In this document: positions 50,107 through 60,544 of the stretch, piece after piece | Numbering within the stretch: position 1 is the stretch's first letter | Layout of the letters: each line of letters opens with the position of its first letter | Assembly: GCA_038109055.1 (NCBI GenBank) | Contig: JAYNIM010000001.1 | Span: 135,045 to 199,044, forward strand | Source of the DNA: a bacterium | GTDB taxonomy: Bacteria > Margulisbacteria > Marinamargulisbacteria > GCA-2716485 > JAYNIM01 | Reading direction: 5' to 3' | Length of the DNA: 64,000 bases | Position numbers and translations under genes: made by a program | Notes under the pieces: model-generated | Databases searched by the model: none | Seen by the model: the letters and a program-made list of their open reading frames with translations, nothing else | What the model was told of the DNA's origin: nothing

Positions 50107-53100
50107 ATGGTTGTACCGGGTCCTCGTTCTGTCTCTACTGCTCCTTCTGTTGCCTCAGTTGGTTCGAAACCATTTTCTAAGCCTGTTTCTGCTAAACAAG
50201 CTACGGCGGTCTTGGATAGTGTCAGTGAGTTAATGGTGGCTGCTGGTGCAGAGGAGGCTGTGGCTGGTGATGCTACGATAGTCCCCAGTAAAAAGAAAGC
50301 TGAATCTAAGAAAGAACATCCATCTGTGTCGTCTGATGATCTTTCGGGGACAAATCAAGAAGCTGCTGCCCAGGCTGGTGATGTTTCTTCTGGTGTAGAT
50401 GATGCGAAACGATTGAAAAAACAAGCTTCAAAAGAATCGTCGTCTGTTACATCTGATACGGCTAAGGAAGGCGCAGCTGCTGGTACGGTTGACCTCTCTG
50501 AGGCTGATGGTGTGACTGCAAAAAATAAGAAGAAAAAAGCTCTTGCAGCAGGTAAGTCCGCGGTACAAGCTAAATTGGAGGATCCGAGCGGTGCTGGTTC
50601 AATGTCTATTGATGATGATACTGGAGCAGAGCTTGATTCTAATGGTATGCCTGATGTTATGACTGAGGTGGGTGATGATGATACTGACTCAGAACCTGGT
50701 ATTGATGGACAGTTAGGTGGTTTCCCTGGAAGCATGAAGGATTTGTTAGCAGCCGATGAGGGTGATACTGCTGCGTTATCTAGACCTGAAAAAAAGTCAG
50801 TTGGTTTTGCAGATGAGGTGTCTGGGGGGTCGTTAGAAGAAGTTCGAGAGTTTGATTCTGTGGAGGGCCGACATCGTCTTATTTATAGCATGTTGGGGAT
50901 TAAGGGGCCTGGGGATAGTGATGCTATTCATTTAAAATCAGACCTTATTGATTTGTTTGCGACGTATTCAGAGAAAGAGTTAGCAGCTTTTTCTAGATTT
51001 TGTGTAGACGCAATGTTGGATTTTTCTAGCTGTCAAACCTTAGAGGAATTTCAGGGTAAGGTACTAGCGGAGTCTTTTATCAATGCTAGCTTGAAGTCTG
51101 AGACTTCTAAAGTTATTCTTAAACCTTTTTTTGATTCTGTTCAAGATGTTGAGCATGATTATCAGACACTTTCGCAGGTTTATTTAGAGGGCTTAATGGT
51201 GCTTGTTCGGGGTGATAATCCTGAACTTGCTCGTCATGAAGATGGTTCAGAACAGGGATCTGTAGTGAAAGGTGTTTCATTTTCGACTGCTTCGACTGCT
51301 TCGACTGCTTCGACTGTTTCTAAACCTCCAGTGAAATCGCCTAAATCAATTTTGAAAAAACCGTCAGTTTCTTCTTCAGAGAGACATGCCTATTCTCCTT
51401 TTGAGGGTGTAGATATGCAGCTGTCTGCGGTTGATCCTGCGGATACCACCTTTGAAGAGTTAGATCGTTTATTAAATGGGACTGCTTTACAAAGGAGTTT
51501 GGCTCAGATTAAAGATGTGGGGGTATTTTTAGCTATTAAGAAGGGTCTTAAGGTGTGTATGGTACTTTGTAATGAACTACACCAGGATGGCTTGGATCTT
51601 ATGGGCCATATTTTTGATGTACTGACGGGTGAATCAAAAATGGAAGATATTCTTGTTGATGTTGCTGCGAAAGGAGCAGGCCAAGCACTTTTAGGGCCAC
51701 ATTTATTAGCCTTATATAAACAGATGAAATTTATGAAAGGTCTTTATAATGCTGTTCATCAGGAACAGCAGAAAATTTCATATAAAGCTGTAGAAGAGCA
51801 GCGTCAAGGTCTTGATGGTGTATCTTCCCGTACTGTTTATGTCTCCAAAAAAAAGGGTGTGGTTTCTGTTCGTTCGCAAGCGTCTTTGTCCAGGAAATCA
51901 GCGTTGTCAATTACCGAGAAAACATTTCGTTTGTCTAGCTTGGATATGAAAGAGCGTTTGAAAATTTATTTAAAGACAGATGAATTACAGATATTTTCTG
52001 GTGAGTATAAAATTTCAGATCAGGAGGCGAAGGCTGTTTACGACTTTCTGTTGCAGCAACACTTAATTACACAAGATTCAGAGGATGGTCCTTATCTAAT
52101 GTCGCAAGATCGTTTGTCTCAACTTAAAGGCTCTCGTCACTATCGCGACGAATTGAAGGCATGTTTTTCGGCCCATGCTGATAAAAAGATGGACTTGGTT
52201 TTAGATGAATTAGAGTCGCGTGTTGCTTCTGAAGTGGGTGGTAGAGAGGTGGATGTTGCGTTGCCTACGCCGAGTGAGGCCCTTGATTTGAGTGAGGTTG
52301 AGAGCGTTTTACCAGAGGCACTTTTTCGTTCCTTAAAACCAGAGGGTATGTCTAATGATGCGTTTAGATCAGCCGTACAGGCCTCTGCTCATGAAGATAA
52401 GGGACTTTTGGATTTTGCTACACGAACACGTCGTGATTTAAAAGGTCGCTTAATTGAGCAGGGACTTCCTGATCCTGACAAGGGACGTTTTGGTAAATTT
52501 TTTACAAGTTCTTTAGCAACCTTGGCTACCCTATTTAAAGCGCCGTATTCTTATTATTTTGGTGAGAAAAAAGATGTCGATGCCCATGTCGATAGTATTC
52601 GTTCTAAGTATCAATGGTTTCATAATGATTTATCGGGCAGATTGGATACTATGACGCCTACGACAACCCTGCAAAGTCGTCGCAAGGAGCTAAGCGTGAA
52701 GGAGGTAAAGGTTCATGATCAGGCTCAAAAAGTTGTGTCGACGGCTACTCATTCATTGGGCGATAAGGTTAAAGCGTTTATGGCGGGGGATAAAAATCCA
52801 CGAACGTATGAAGACATATGTAATGAGTTTGATACATTTGTGTCTGATAAAGAAGCCTCTTTAGCCAAGGCGTATGGGTTGTCTACCTCTGATTTTGTAA
52901 AAGCAATGAAATCGAAAGTGGGGATGGATGTAGCGGATACGGATGTTTTAAATGAGGCCTTTTCTAATTGGATGCAGGTACAGGAAAAAGTTCAGGTATT
53001 CCGCGCACAGGTTTGTCAGGCGTGTATTGATGAGCTTTTAGAAAGTAATGATGGAGAAAATAAGGATCTTAAGGCTTCATTAAACTCTTTAAAACAACAA

Positions 53101-56100
53101 TTTAAACTTGAGAAGGGGTTTTCTTTGTCCGAGAAAGAAAAAACCACCTTGCGTTCTAAACAAGGGCGTGAGTTTGAGAAGGCATTCAAAGAATTAGAGA
53201 ATTCCAAGTTGAAGAAGTTGCGGGATCATAAACAGGTGTTAGATGAGCTGCCTGATTCAGCGTCTTTTTCTGAGTCAGATAATCTCGATTTGATGCCAGA
53301 TGATGCAGAACTTTATGATAGCTTAGTCCGTGATATTCGCTTACAATCTAAGCATTTTTTGGCGGCGTCTTCAAAAGAATTTGTTGAGTTGGCTGCCTCT
53401 AAGGGCTTAGATGCGTCAACGATTAAAGGTTATGATCGTCAGGTACTTGATTTACTTAATATGGAAACCCAATCATTTACGGATTTATATCAGCAGTTAT
53501 CTGCTGCGGATATATCATCAGATGATATGGCGGCTTTTCGTAGTCGTTGTATAGAATTAGGGGTATTGTTATCTCGTCCTGGTTTGGGGTCTATTTTTGG
53601 AGGGACTGTTACCTTTTCTCGTGATCCTATAGACGCCCTGAAACAATTAGAACAGTGTCAACGTCAATTAGCCTCTGTGCCAGTTAATAACCCCTTACGC
53701 CTTGAGAATGGGGCTGTTTTGGATAGTTTGCAGTCGGAAATTCGTTCGTTAATGGATGATATTCGTATGGATATGTCAGATACAACACGATCTAAATTTT
53801 CACCTTTAGCAGGGATGCTTAAAATGTCGGTTAAAACCTTTCATGCTTTGTCTCAAAAAGACTTTTCTACATTAACTTCAGATGAGCAGGCTCAGTGGGG
53901 GCAAGCTGTGCAGGACTTGGCATCTTTAAAGCAACAGTTGTTGGCGGATTGTGTGGCTGGTTTGGCACAAGGGATGGATATTTCGGGCTATCAGTCTAGT
54001 TTAGGACAAGTTTCGGATATGTTAGATTCTGTTTATTTTAAGCATGATAAGGCCTTTGCTTCTTTGAATTTGGATTTAACGGTTTCTTCTATGGATGCTT
54101 TGGCTTCTTATCTTATGACCTCGCCGGATCTTTCTAATTTAACTGACTCTCATATTCAGGTACTTCAGGCGTTTATTTATTCCCCTACTTCGTTTACTTC
54201 TGCTCGACATTTTTCTCAGATTCAGGATAGTTTAAGCTCTATTTGTCCGGAATTACTGCAGCATTTAATGCCTATTATGGGTATAGCAAAGGAACAGTCT
54301 GATGAGATTGTTTTACAGCTCGAGGGTGGGTCGTATCTGTTGGCTGATCAACATGTTTTTGAGGATCGTATGATTGTGACCATGTTTGATCAATCGACTA
54401 TGCAGCGTATTCATGTTTCTCTTATGGATCCATCGCGTATCCGTGCTGGTATGTTTGATGATTCAGTCATGCCTTCATTGATTCGTTCCTCATCACTATC
54501 GTTGCTGCCTGAAGAATTAGGTTCGTCTTTAGAACAAAAAATGTCTGATCTTGTTACTGAGGGTTTGGATACGACTCAACAACAAGCCTTATATGACAAG
54601 TTAAAATCTGGTACTTTGCAGGAAAAGCAACAGTTTATGTCAGAGCTTCAAAGCTATAAACCTGTTGACTCACAAGCTTTGCAGGAATCAATGATGGCTA
54701 CTAGAATCTTTCTGAGTCAGGCAGCGTCGATTTATAGGAGTCAAAAAGAGGATCTTGCTTCCTTTTCGGAGAGGTTTCAGCCTGTCACTGTTGAATTTTT
54801 ATCTTCAAATGGGGTGAGTAAAAAGGAAGCTGAATTTGTGTATGATGCTTTGCAAAAAGAAGGCGTTCTTTCTGAACACGGATATTTACTTTGTGAGCAG
54901 AGTCATCTTGCGCGTATTTTAGGGCTGGTAGAACAATCTGGAGTCATTAGTGAATTTAAAAAAGAAGTAGGTCTTCTTTCTCGTGGTATTACAGATGAGA
55001 AGCGTCGTTTGTTACATAGGCTCTTATTTGATCATTGCTGTTTGTCTGATTCTAAACGTCAGACGATCGAAACTAATTTGCGAAGTGTTGTAGGTGATAT
55101 GATGGAAGTTGATCGTGCCAGGGTCGCCGCTTTTTCAAAAGAATCTACGTTTAGTGGTGATATGAGGGATACTTTTAGTACCTTTAAGCAATTGCAGACT
55201 GCCCATGTTAAGGCTGTAGAAGCAGCAAATATTGAGGGCTCCTTGCAGGCCATTGATCAGGCGAAGGCTATGTCACGTTTGGTTTATGAAGAAGCTGTTG
55301 CTGCCTTATCTTTGAAATCGGAGGTGTTTGATACGGTTATTCCCTTAATGAGTGACTCTTTACAAGGATTGTATAAATCGTATTCTGAACATTGCGAAAA
55401 GGTTCAAACATTACAGAAAGAGCTATCGGTGTCTTATTCTTTTGAAAAAGAGAAAGCCCTGGTATTAGCTGTCAAACAAGCCGAGGTGCTTTTGACTGAA
55501 TTAACGTCTGGTATTGAAGGTTCTCAGGATTCTATTTTTTCTCAGGAGGGACTTAAAGATTTCTGTATTTCTTTTCTGTCTTCCAAACAACAGATTCTTT
55601 CAGATCGACTTCGTTTGTCTCAGTTTTCACACTTTGATTCTGCTTTTTTTGAAGAAACATATGCAGCTCATGTTTCTTCATACATGTTGGCCTATCATGC
55701 GATGTCAAAGGTCCTTAAACCGTCTGGGGCTATTACAGATTTAGAGGTAGTTAGTTTGCATCAACGTGTTCAAAATAGTTTTACAGATGCAACACGTTCT
55801 GTGTTAAAACAAGCTGATGCGGCTGTTTTGCCAGATTCTATACAAGGGGCTTTGCGTGATTGCTATATGGATTTACAGCGAGTGTCTCTTAAAGAGTTAT
55901 CTAAAACAGAAGCAGTTTTTGTGCAACAATTATGTCAGGGGTTAGAAACGTTTATGGATCAAAAAGCATATTTTGATTCGTCTTTTTTAGCAGATATGCA
56001 ACAGGCAGCAGTGGTGTCCTCTCAAAAGGTGCAAGCTCAAATGAAATCAGGTTCTCGTCTGTTGCAAGGTGCTAGCTTGAAACCTTTGCAGGGTCTTTTG

Positions 56101-59100
56101 CTTCGCTATCAAAAATCAGGCGCTGTGCGTGATTTAGAGGTATTGCATGAGTCGCTATTGTCACAATTAGATCGTGTGCCCAATTCTTTTTTAAAGCAGG
56201 TGGATGAGCTCTCTTCCCAGCCTTTTTCATATCTTGAATTGAAGGCATTTTTTCGTGAACTAAAAAAGAAAGATCAGGACGGTAATCGTATTTCTTTGGG
56301 GAGCTCGGCGTTTAAATTTTCTTCTGACACTGCTATCAAATTACTGACGGGACATATGATGGGACAATTAGAGGGAAAAGCTCTTCAAGCATTTGATCAA
56401 AGGTATAAAATGGCTTTTATACATTTTTTTCCTGACCAATCAGCTGATTTTATTAATTTTGAGTATGATCAGCGTTTTTCAAAAATATCTGGTTCTTCTC
56501 AAGGGGTTGTTTCAGTAACGAAGAAGCAGGTGTCTGATAGTCAGTCTGAGACTAGTCCTGTTTCTTCTAATGAGTCTGATTTTCAACTTTCTGATACCTC
56601 TGCTTGTTCTGCAGTTATTACGTCATATTCACCTTCTGCCTCTTCAATATCATTACAAAGTTGTTCCCTTTCTCCTTCCGGAAATCATCGTTTAGAGTTA
56701 AGGGGGGGGGAACAGGGAAAGGATAGCTTTTCTTTTCAACTCAAATCGCCTCTATTATTAAAAAGGGATAAATCTGGAACTTCTCTTGATCCTGCATCGT
56801 TTAAATCCAGACCGGGTAAAACTTCAGCATTTATGCAGACGATGTTAGAGTCTATTCCCAAAGAGCAGCATGCAGCGGCTAAATTATTTTTGAAACAGTT
56901 TAAAACACCCGCGGATTATGTGACGTTTTATAATAAGGTTCAGCATAGTTTGGGGCAAGTGACCCCCTTGTCTTTTGTGACACCTGGATTGTCTGTTGAG
57001 GACAGTTCTCAAATCTATAATCGCCTAGAAGCTGAGGGAATTATTAAGGCGTCTAAATTTGTATTGGGGGCTGCGTTATTACCTGAGAAAAACTTGATTG
57101 CAGAATCTTTAACGCAAGCCTTTAATAAAGAGCCAAAAATTTTATTAACAGATTCTTTTGATTATATTGTTAAGGTTGTTTTTGGGGCCTTAGAACATCC
57201 GTCTTACACGTCAGCGGATACAGATATTCCTGAGGATGTTTTAGCGAAGAGGAAGGATTTATCTGAGGAACCACAATTTGTTCGAGGTTACCCTAGATTT
57301 GAATCAGCTATGACATTGGCCCTTTTTAAACAACACAATTTACAGGCACTATCGTCTTTATATGCTCGTATGGAATCTGCTAACCCTATTGTTACTATGT
57401 TAGAGAAGATTGATTCTAGACATACTTCTTTAAGAGCCTATGGTGATTTGTTGACACAATTTCATGCCTTTAAATTGAGTTTAACTGATGGGGCATCGTT
57501 GGATTCTACGGCTTTGGAAACTGTTTTGCATGACTTGACTACGCAATCAGAGAAAATAATGATGGATTTAAATGCTACTCTTTTGACGTCTATAGAAACT
57601 TTTAACACACGTGAGACGACGTGCCCTACACTTGTTTTGTCTGAGGATGGTTCTGATATTTTGCCAGAGAATATTTCTTCGGATTCGTTTATGACTCAGT
57701 TTAGGTCTTTTTATGAACATGTCGATATGACAGAGGCTAATTTAAGGGTGTTTATGGATGAATTGGCTTCAGGTTTAGCTGATGGCGCACTTTCGTTATC
57801 ATCGTCAGATTGGGTATTGATTCTTACTTCGATTGATGAGGATTTTCAAGATACATTTTCTGAACAATTATCGTTAAGTATGTGTCGCTCTTTTAATGTC
57901 CTTCAAGGGGATGATTTTCACTATGATGCAGAAAGTTTTGAGATATTTTCTGCTTTTCTTTCTTCTGATGAAATGAGAGCTACAAATTTTTATTTTGAAT
58001 CTTCTTGTTTGGATTCTCTGGCATCGGCAATGTTAGAAGAAACGGATTATAGGCGAGAGATAGCATTAACTTCAGTGGAACTTGCAGGACTTAATTTTTT
58101 GGATTCAACGTCTATTAACGCTTCATCACTATTATCGTTATCGGGGGTAGAAGCTCTTCAACGAAATGTGAGTATTGTATGTGATAATAAGGGTGAGCTT
58201 GACACATTTTTGAGTGGATTTAGTGCGGAGATTAAAGATGGGCTTAGCAAGGATGATTTGATGGATTGTTCAGAAGGAGCCAAAGATCTTTTAGAGATGT
58301 TTTTAGAAGATAGCGTTGATTTTTCTAGACTTGCATTAACACTCGATTCGCAAGGTATGCTTCTTTTTAAGATGAATGAGCATTCGTTTACGCTTAATTC
58401 TTTGCAGGAATTGTATCTTAACGTTGTAGAGAAACTGTTTCCTGAGTCGACAGATGTTCCAGAATTTAATGACTTACCTTTTGTAAATTCAATCATTGAT
58501 TTGCAAGCCGCTTTTACAGCTGGTCAGGCGAAAGACCTGTGTTTGAGGCGTCTAGTTCATGACTCGGGTTTGCCAGAAGTTCTTGCTAGTACGGGCGTAT
58601 TTTCTGAGTATGTTGATACACATTTTATGTCAACTGATTCTAATAATTATGTGCAGCTTGATAGCTTTCAGACGTTGTATCAATCATTCAAAACTTCGGA
58701 GGATTTACATTCTGAAGATGCTCAACGTTTATTTGAACATTGTGATAAGGCTTTGTCTTTATTGGGCTTAGTTGATTGTATGGATGAGAAGATTACAGAT
58801 GTTCTAACCTTGAAGGCTGAGTTGGATCTCTTACGAGACTCAGCGGATGCCTTTGATCAATTTTTAGTCTCTATTTTCAGTGATGAGTGTCAGTTTGATT
58901 TCATTTATAAGTTGGATATACAGGTAAAGGTTGCGATGAATCGTCGATCTAAGTTGGAAGCTCAGGCTGTTTTGGCTGGGTCCTCTGAAGATGAGGGTGT
59001 TAGCGATGCATCTTCTACTTTGACAGAAGCGGCTAGTGTAGATACTGCTGTTGAAGCTGTTTCTAGTGAACAAGCGTCTGAATCAGTTGAAGAATCTGCT

Positions 59101-59151
59101 ACTGCTGTTAACGAAACGGAGTCGGGTGAACCTGAAGATCTGGGGACTTAA
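50107..59151 (+). CDS. Giant orphan protein (3014 aa), Ser/Asp/Leu-rich with disordered termini
   Basis: 9-kb open frame; SD GGGGAGGT; no recognised catalytic family. Confidence 0.9.
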   Translation: MVVPGPRSVSTAPSVASVGSKPFSKPVSAKQATAVLDSVSELMVAAGAEEAVAGDATIVPSKKKAESKKEHPSVSSDDLSGTNQEAAAQAGDVSSGVDDAKRLKKQASKESSSVTSDTAKEGAAAGTVDLSEADGVTAKNKKKKALAAGKSAVQAKLEDPSGAGSMSIDDDTGAELDSNGMPDVMTEVGDDDTDSEPGIDGQLGGFPGSMKDLLAADEGDTAALSRPEKKSVGFADEVSGGSLEEVREFDSVEGRHRLIYSMLGIKGPGDSDAIHLKSDLIDLFATYSEKELAAFSRFCVDAMLDFSSCQTLEEFQGKVLAESFINASLKSETSKVILKPFFDSVQDVEHDYQTLSQVYLEGLMVLVRGDNPELARHEDGSEQGSVVKGVSFSTASTASTASTVSKPPVKSPKSILKKPSVSSSERHAYSPFEGVDMQLSAVDPADTTFEELDRLLNGTALQRSLAQIKDVGVFLAIKKGLKVCMVLCNELHQDGLDLMGHIFDVLTGESKMEDILVDVAAKGAGQALLGPHLLALYKQMKFMKGLYNAVHQEQQKISYKAVEEQRQGLDGVSSRTVYVSKKKGVVSVRSQASLSRKSALSITEKTFRLSSLDMKERLKIYLKTDELQIFSGEYKISDQEAKAVYDFLLQQHLITQDSEDGPYLMSQDRLSQLKGSRHYRDELKACFSAHADKKMDLVLDELESRVASEVGGREVDVALPTPSEALDLSEVESVLPEALFRSLKPEGMSNDAFRSAVQASAHEDKGLLDFATRTRRDLKGRLIEQGLPDPDKGRFGKFFTSSLATLATLFKAPYSYYFGEKKDVDAHVDSIRSKYQWFHNDLSGRLDTMTPTTTLQSRRKELSVKEVKVHDQAQKVVSTATHSLGDKVKAFMAGDKNPRTYEDICNEFDTFVSDKEASLAKAYGLSTSDFVKAMKSKVGMDVADTDVLNEAFSNWMQVQEKVQVFRAQVCQACIDELLESNDGENKDLKASLNSLKQQFKLEKGFSLSEKEKTTLRSKQGREFEKAFKELENSKLKKLRDHKQVLDELPDSASFSESDNLDLMPDDAELYDSLVRDIRLQSKHFLAASSKEFVELAASKGLDASTIKGYDRQVLDLLNMETQSFTDLYQQLSAADISSDDMAAFRSRCIELGVLLSRPGLGSIFGGTVTFSRDPIDALKQLEQCQRQLASVPVNNPLRLENGAVLDSLQSEIRSLMDDIRMDMSDTTRSKFSPLAGMLKMSVKTFHALSQKDFSTLTSDEQAQWGQAVQDLASLKQQLLADCVAGLAQGMDISGYQSSLGQVSDMLDSVYFKHDKAFASLNLDLTVSSMDALASYLMTSPDLSNLTDSHIQVLQAFIYSPTSFTSARHFSQIQDSLSSICPELLQHLMPIMGIAKEQSDEIVLQLEGGSYLLADQHVFEDRMIVTMFDQSTMQRIHVSLMDPSRIRAGMFDDSVMPSLIRSSSLSLLPEELGSSLEQKMSDLVTEGLDTTQQQALYDKLKSGTLQEKQQFMSELQSYKPVDSQALQESMMATRIFLSQAASIYRSQKEDLASFSERFQPVTVEFLSSNGVSKKEAEFVYDALQKEGVLSEHGYLLCEQSHLARILGLVEQSGVISEFKKEVGLLSRGITDEKRRLLHRLLFDHCCLSDSKRQTIETNLRSVVGDMMEVDRARVAAFSKESTFSGDMRDTFSTFKQLQTAHVKAVEAANIEGSLQAIDQAKAMSRLVYEEAVAALSLKSEVFDTVIPLMSDSLQGLYKSYSEHCEKVQTLQKELSVSYSFEKEKALVLAVKQAEVLLTELTSGIEGSQDSIFSQEGLKDFCISFLSSKQQILSDRLRLSQFSHFDSAFFEETYAAHVSSYMLAYHAMSKVLKPSGAITDLEVVSLHQRVQNSFTDATRSVLKQADAAVLPDSIQGALRDCYMDLQRVSLKELSKTEAVFVQQLCQGLETFMDQKAYFDSSFLADMQQAAVVSSQKVQAQMKSGSRLLQGASLKPLQGLLLRYQKSGAVRDLEVLHESLLSQLDRVPNSFLKQVDELSSQPFSYLELKAFFRELKKKDQDGNRISLGSSAFKFSSDTAIKLLTGHMMGQLEGKALQAFDQRYKMAFIHFFPDQSADFINFEYDQRFSKISGSSQGVVSVTKKQVSDSQSETSPVSSNESDFQLSDTSACSAVITSYSPSASSISLQSCSLSPSGNHRLELRGGEQGKDSFSFQLKSPLLLKRDKSGTSLDPASFKSRPGKTSAFMQTMLESIPKEQHAAAKLFLKQFKTPADYVTFYNKVQHSLGQVTPLSFVTPGLSVEDSSQIYNRLEAEGIIKASKFVLGAALLPEKNLIAESLTQAFNKEPKILLTDSFDYIVKVVFGALEHPSYTSADTDIPEDVLAKRKDLSEEPQFVRGYPRFESAMTLALFKQHNLQALSSLYARMESANPIVTMLEKIDSRHTSLRAYGDLLTQFHAFKLSLTDGASLDSTALETVLHDLTTQSEKIMMDLNATLLTSIETFNTRETTCPTLVLSEDGSDILPENISSDSFMTQFRSFYEHVDMTEANLRVFMDELASGLADGALSLSSSDWVLILTSIDEDFQDTFSEQLSLSMCRSFNVLQGDDFHYDAESFEIFSAFLSSDEMRATNFYFESSCLDSLASAMLEETDYRREIALTSVELAGLNFLDSTSINASSLLSLSGVEALQRNVSIVCDNKGELDTFLSGFSAEIKDGLSKDDLMDCSEGAKDLLEMFLEDSVDFSRLALTLDSQGMLLFKMNEHSFTLNSLQELYLNVVEKLFPESTDVPEFNDLPFVNSIIDLQAAFTAGQAKDLCLRRLVHDSGLPEVLASTGVFSEYVDTHFMSTDSNNYVQLDSFQTLYQSFKTSEDLHSEDAQRLFEHCDKALSLLGLVDCMDEKITDVLTLKAELDLLRDSADAFDQFLVSIFSDECQFDFIYKLDIQVKVAMNRRSKLEAQAVLAGSSEDEGVSDASSTLTEAASVDTAVEAVSSEQASESVEESATAVNETESGEPEDLGT

Positions 59152-59161
59152 ATACGTTCTT

Positions 59162-60457
59162 TTAGTGATTAAAAACGCGTTCTAGAATTTGATCGTTGTG
59201 TGTACAGTAGTTTTTGAATGAAAAAATATTTGCTAATTCTTCTTTTGATAACAAGTTATTAATGGCGTCTTCATTTTGTATTAATGTTTCGAATAGAACT
59301 TTTTCGTCGAAAGCTTTGTGCGCATTTCGTTGAACCAGGCGATAGGCATCTTCTCGTAGCATGCCTTTGTTGATTAATTCTAATAGAAGTTTTTGGGAGA
59401 AAAAGACATGGTAGGATTGGTCGATATTGCGTTGCATTTCTTTTTCGTTGACTTGCATGCCTTTAATGACCTTTTGCATCAAACTGAGCATATAATCTAG
59501 GCCAATACAGGCGTCGGGAAAGATAATGCGCTCGGCGGATGAATGTGAAATGTCTCGTTCGTGCCATAGGGCTTGGTTTTCCATGGCGCTGACAGCATAG
59601 CCGCGTAGAACCCTGGCAAGTCCCGTTATGCGTTCGCAGGTGATGGGATTACGTTTATGGGGCATGGCAGAGGAGCCTTTTTGTAGTTTAGAAAAAGGTT
59701 CCATAATTTCGTTACATTCTGTTTTTTGTAAGAGCCTGATTTCGACGGCCATTTTTTCTAGTGTTCCGCCAATCATTGCGAGGCAATTAATAAAGGCCGC
59801 ATGCCGGTCTCGTTGTAAAATCTGGGTCGAAACAGAAGCGATAGACAGTGTTAATTTCTCACAGACCAATTTTTCTAAGGAAGGAGGCATGTGGGCATAA
59901 TTTCCAACAGCTCCGGATACTTTTCCTACACGGAGGTCTTCTAAAGCCTGTGTTAGTCTTGTTTGATGACGTTTAAGCTCAGCGGCCCATACGGCTAATT
60001 TTAAACCCAAGGTCATAGGCTCTGCGTGAACACCGTGTGTACGTCCCATCATTAAGGTTTCTTTGTAGGCGTATGCTTGAGTTTTTAAGAGGTCAATAAG
60101 GACGTTGATTTCCTTTTGAATCAGTTCCCCTGCTTCTCTAATTAGTAAGGCAAACGCCGTATCAACGACGTCTGAGGATGTTAAGCCTAAGTGTACAAAA
60201 CGTGAATCAGGGCCGATGTATGAGGCGACATTGGTTAGAAATGCGATGACGTCATGATGGATTTCAGCTTCTATTTTTAAAATGCCGGGGACATCAAATT
60301 TTGCTTTGTCCTTAATTGTTTTTAAACTTTCTTTAGTGATGTTTCCAAGTGTTTCGTGCGCTTCACAGGCGGCAATTTCGATGTCTAGCCATTTTTGGAA
60401 TTTGTTTTCTAAGGACCATAGATCCTTCATTTTTTTTCTGCTGTATCGTTCGATCAT
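59162..60457 (-). CDS. purB: Adenylosuccinate lyase
   Basis: MIERY, HHDVIAF, HLGLTSSD, GRTHGVHAEP, GSSAMPHKRNP, WHERDISHSS. Confidence 0.98.
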   Translation of the reverse strand: MIERYSRKKMKDLWSLENKFQKWLDIEIAACEAHETLGNITKESLKTIKDKAKFDVPGILKIEAEIHHDVIAFLTNVASYIGPDSRFVHLGLTSSDVVDTAFALLIREAGELIQKEINVLIDLLKTQAYAYKETLMMGRTHGVHAEPMTLGLKLAVWAAELKRHQTRLTQALEDLRVGKVSGAVGNYAHMPPSLEKLVCEKLTLSIASVSTQILQRDRHAAFINCLAMIGGTLEKMAVEIRLLQKTECNEIMEPFSKLQKGSSAMPHKRNPITCERITGLARVLRGYAVSAMENQALWHERDISHSSAERIIFPDACIGLDYMLSLMQKVIKGMQVNEKEMQRNIDQSYHVFFSQKLLLELINKGMLREDAYRLVQRNAHKAFDEKVLFETLIQNEDAINNLLSKEELANIFSFKNYCTHNDQILERVFNH

Positions 60458-60544
60458 GACAAGGATTTTAGCAGGGCTTTGTTTTTTTTTGAATATTTTT
60501 TCACATTTATTTTTTATCCTCTTTTTGTTACTCTTTTTGAGTTC

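Noticed and set aside
51283..51318. 9-bp tandem repeat (TCGACTGCT)x3-4 as a phase-variation switch
   Set aside because: The unit is in-frame (STA) within a disordered linker and cannot shift the frame
50230..59073. Short alternative-frame and antisense ORFs within the giant gene and other long genes
   Set aside because: Fully nested in long, well-supported ORFs, with no recognisable motifs
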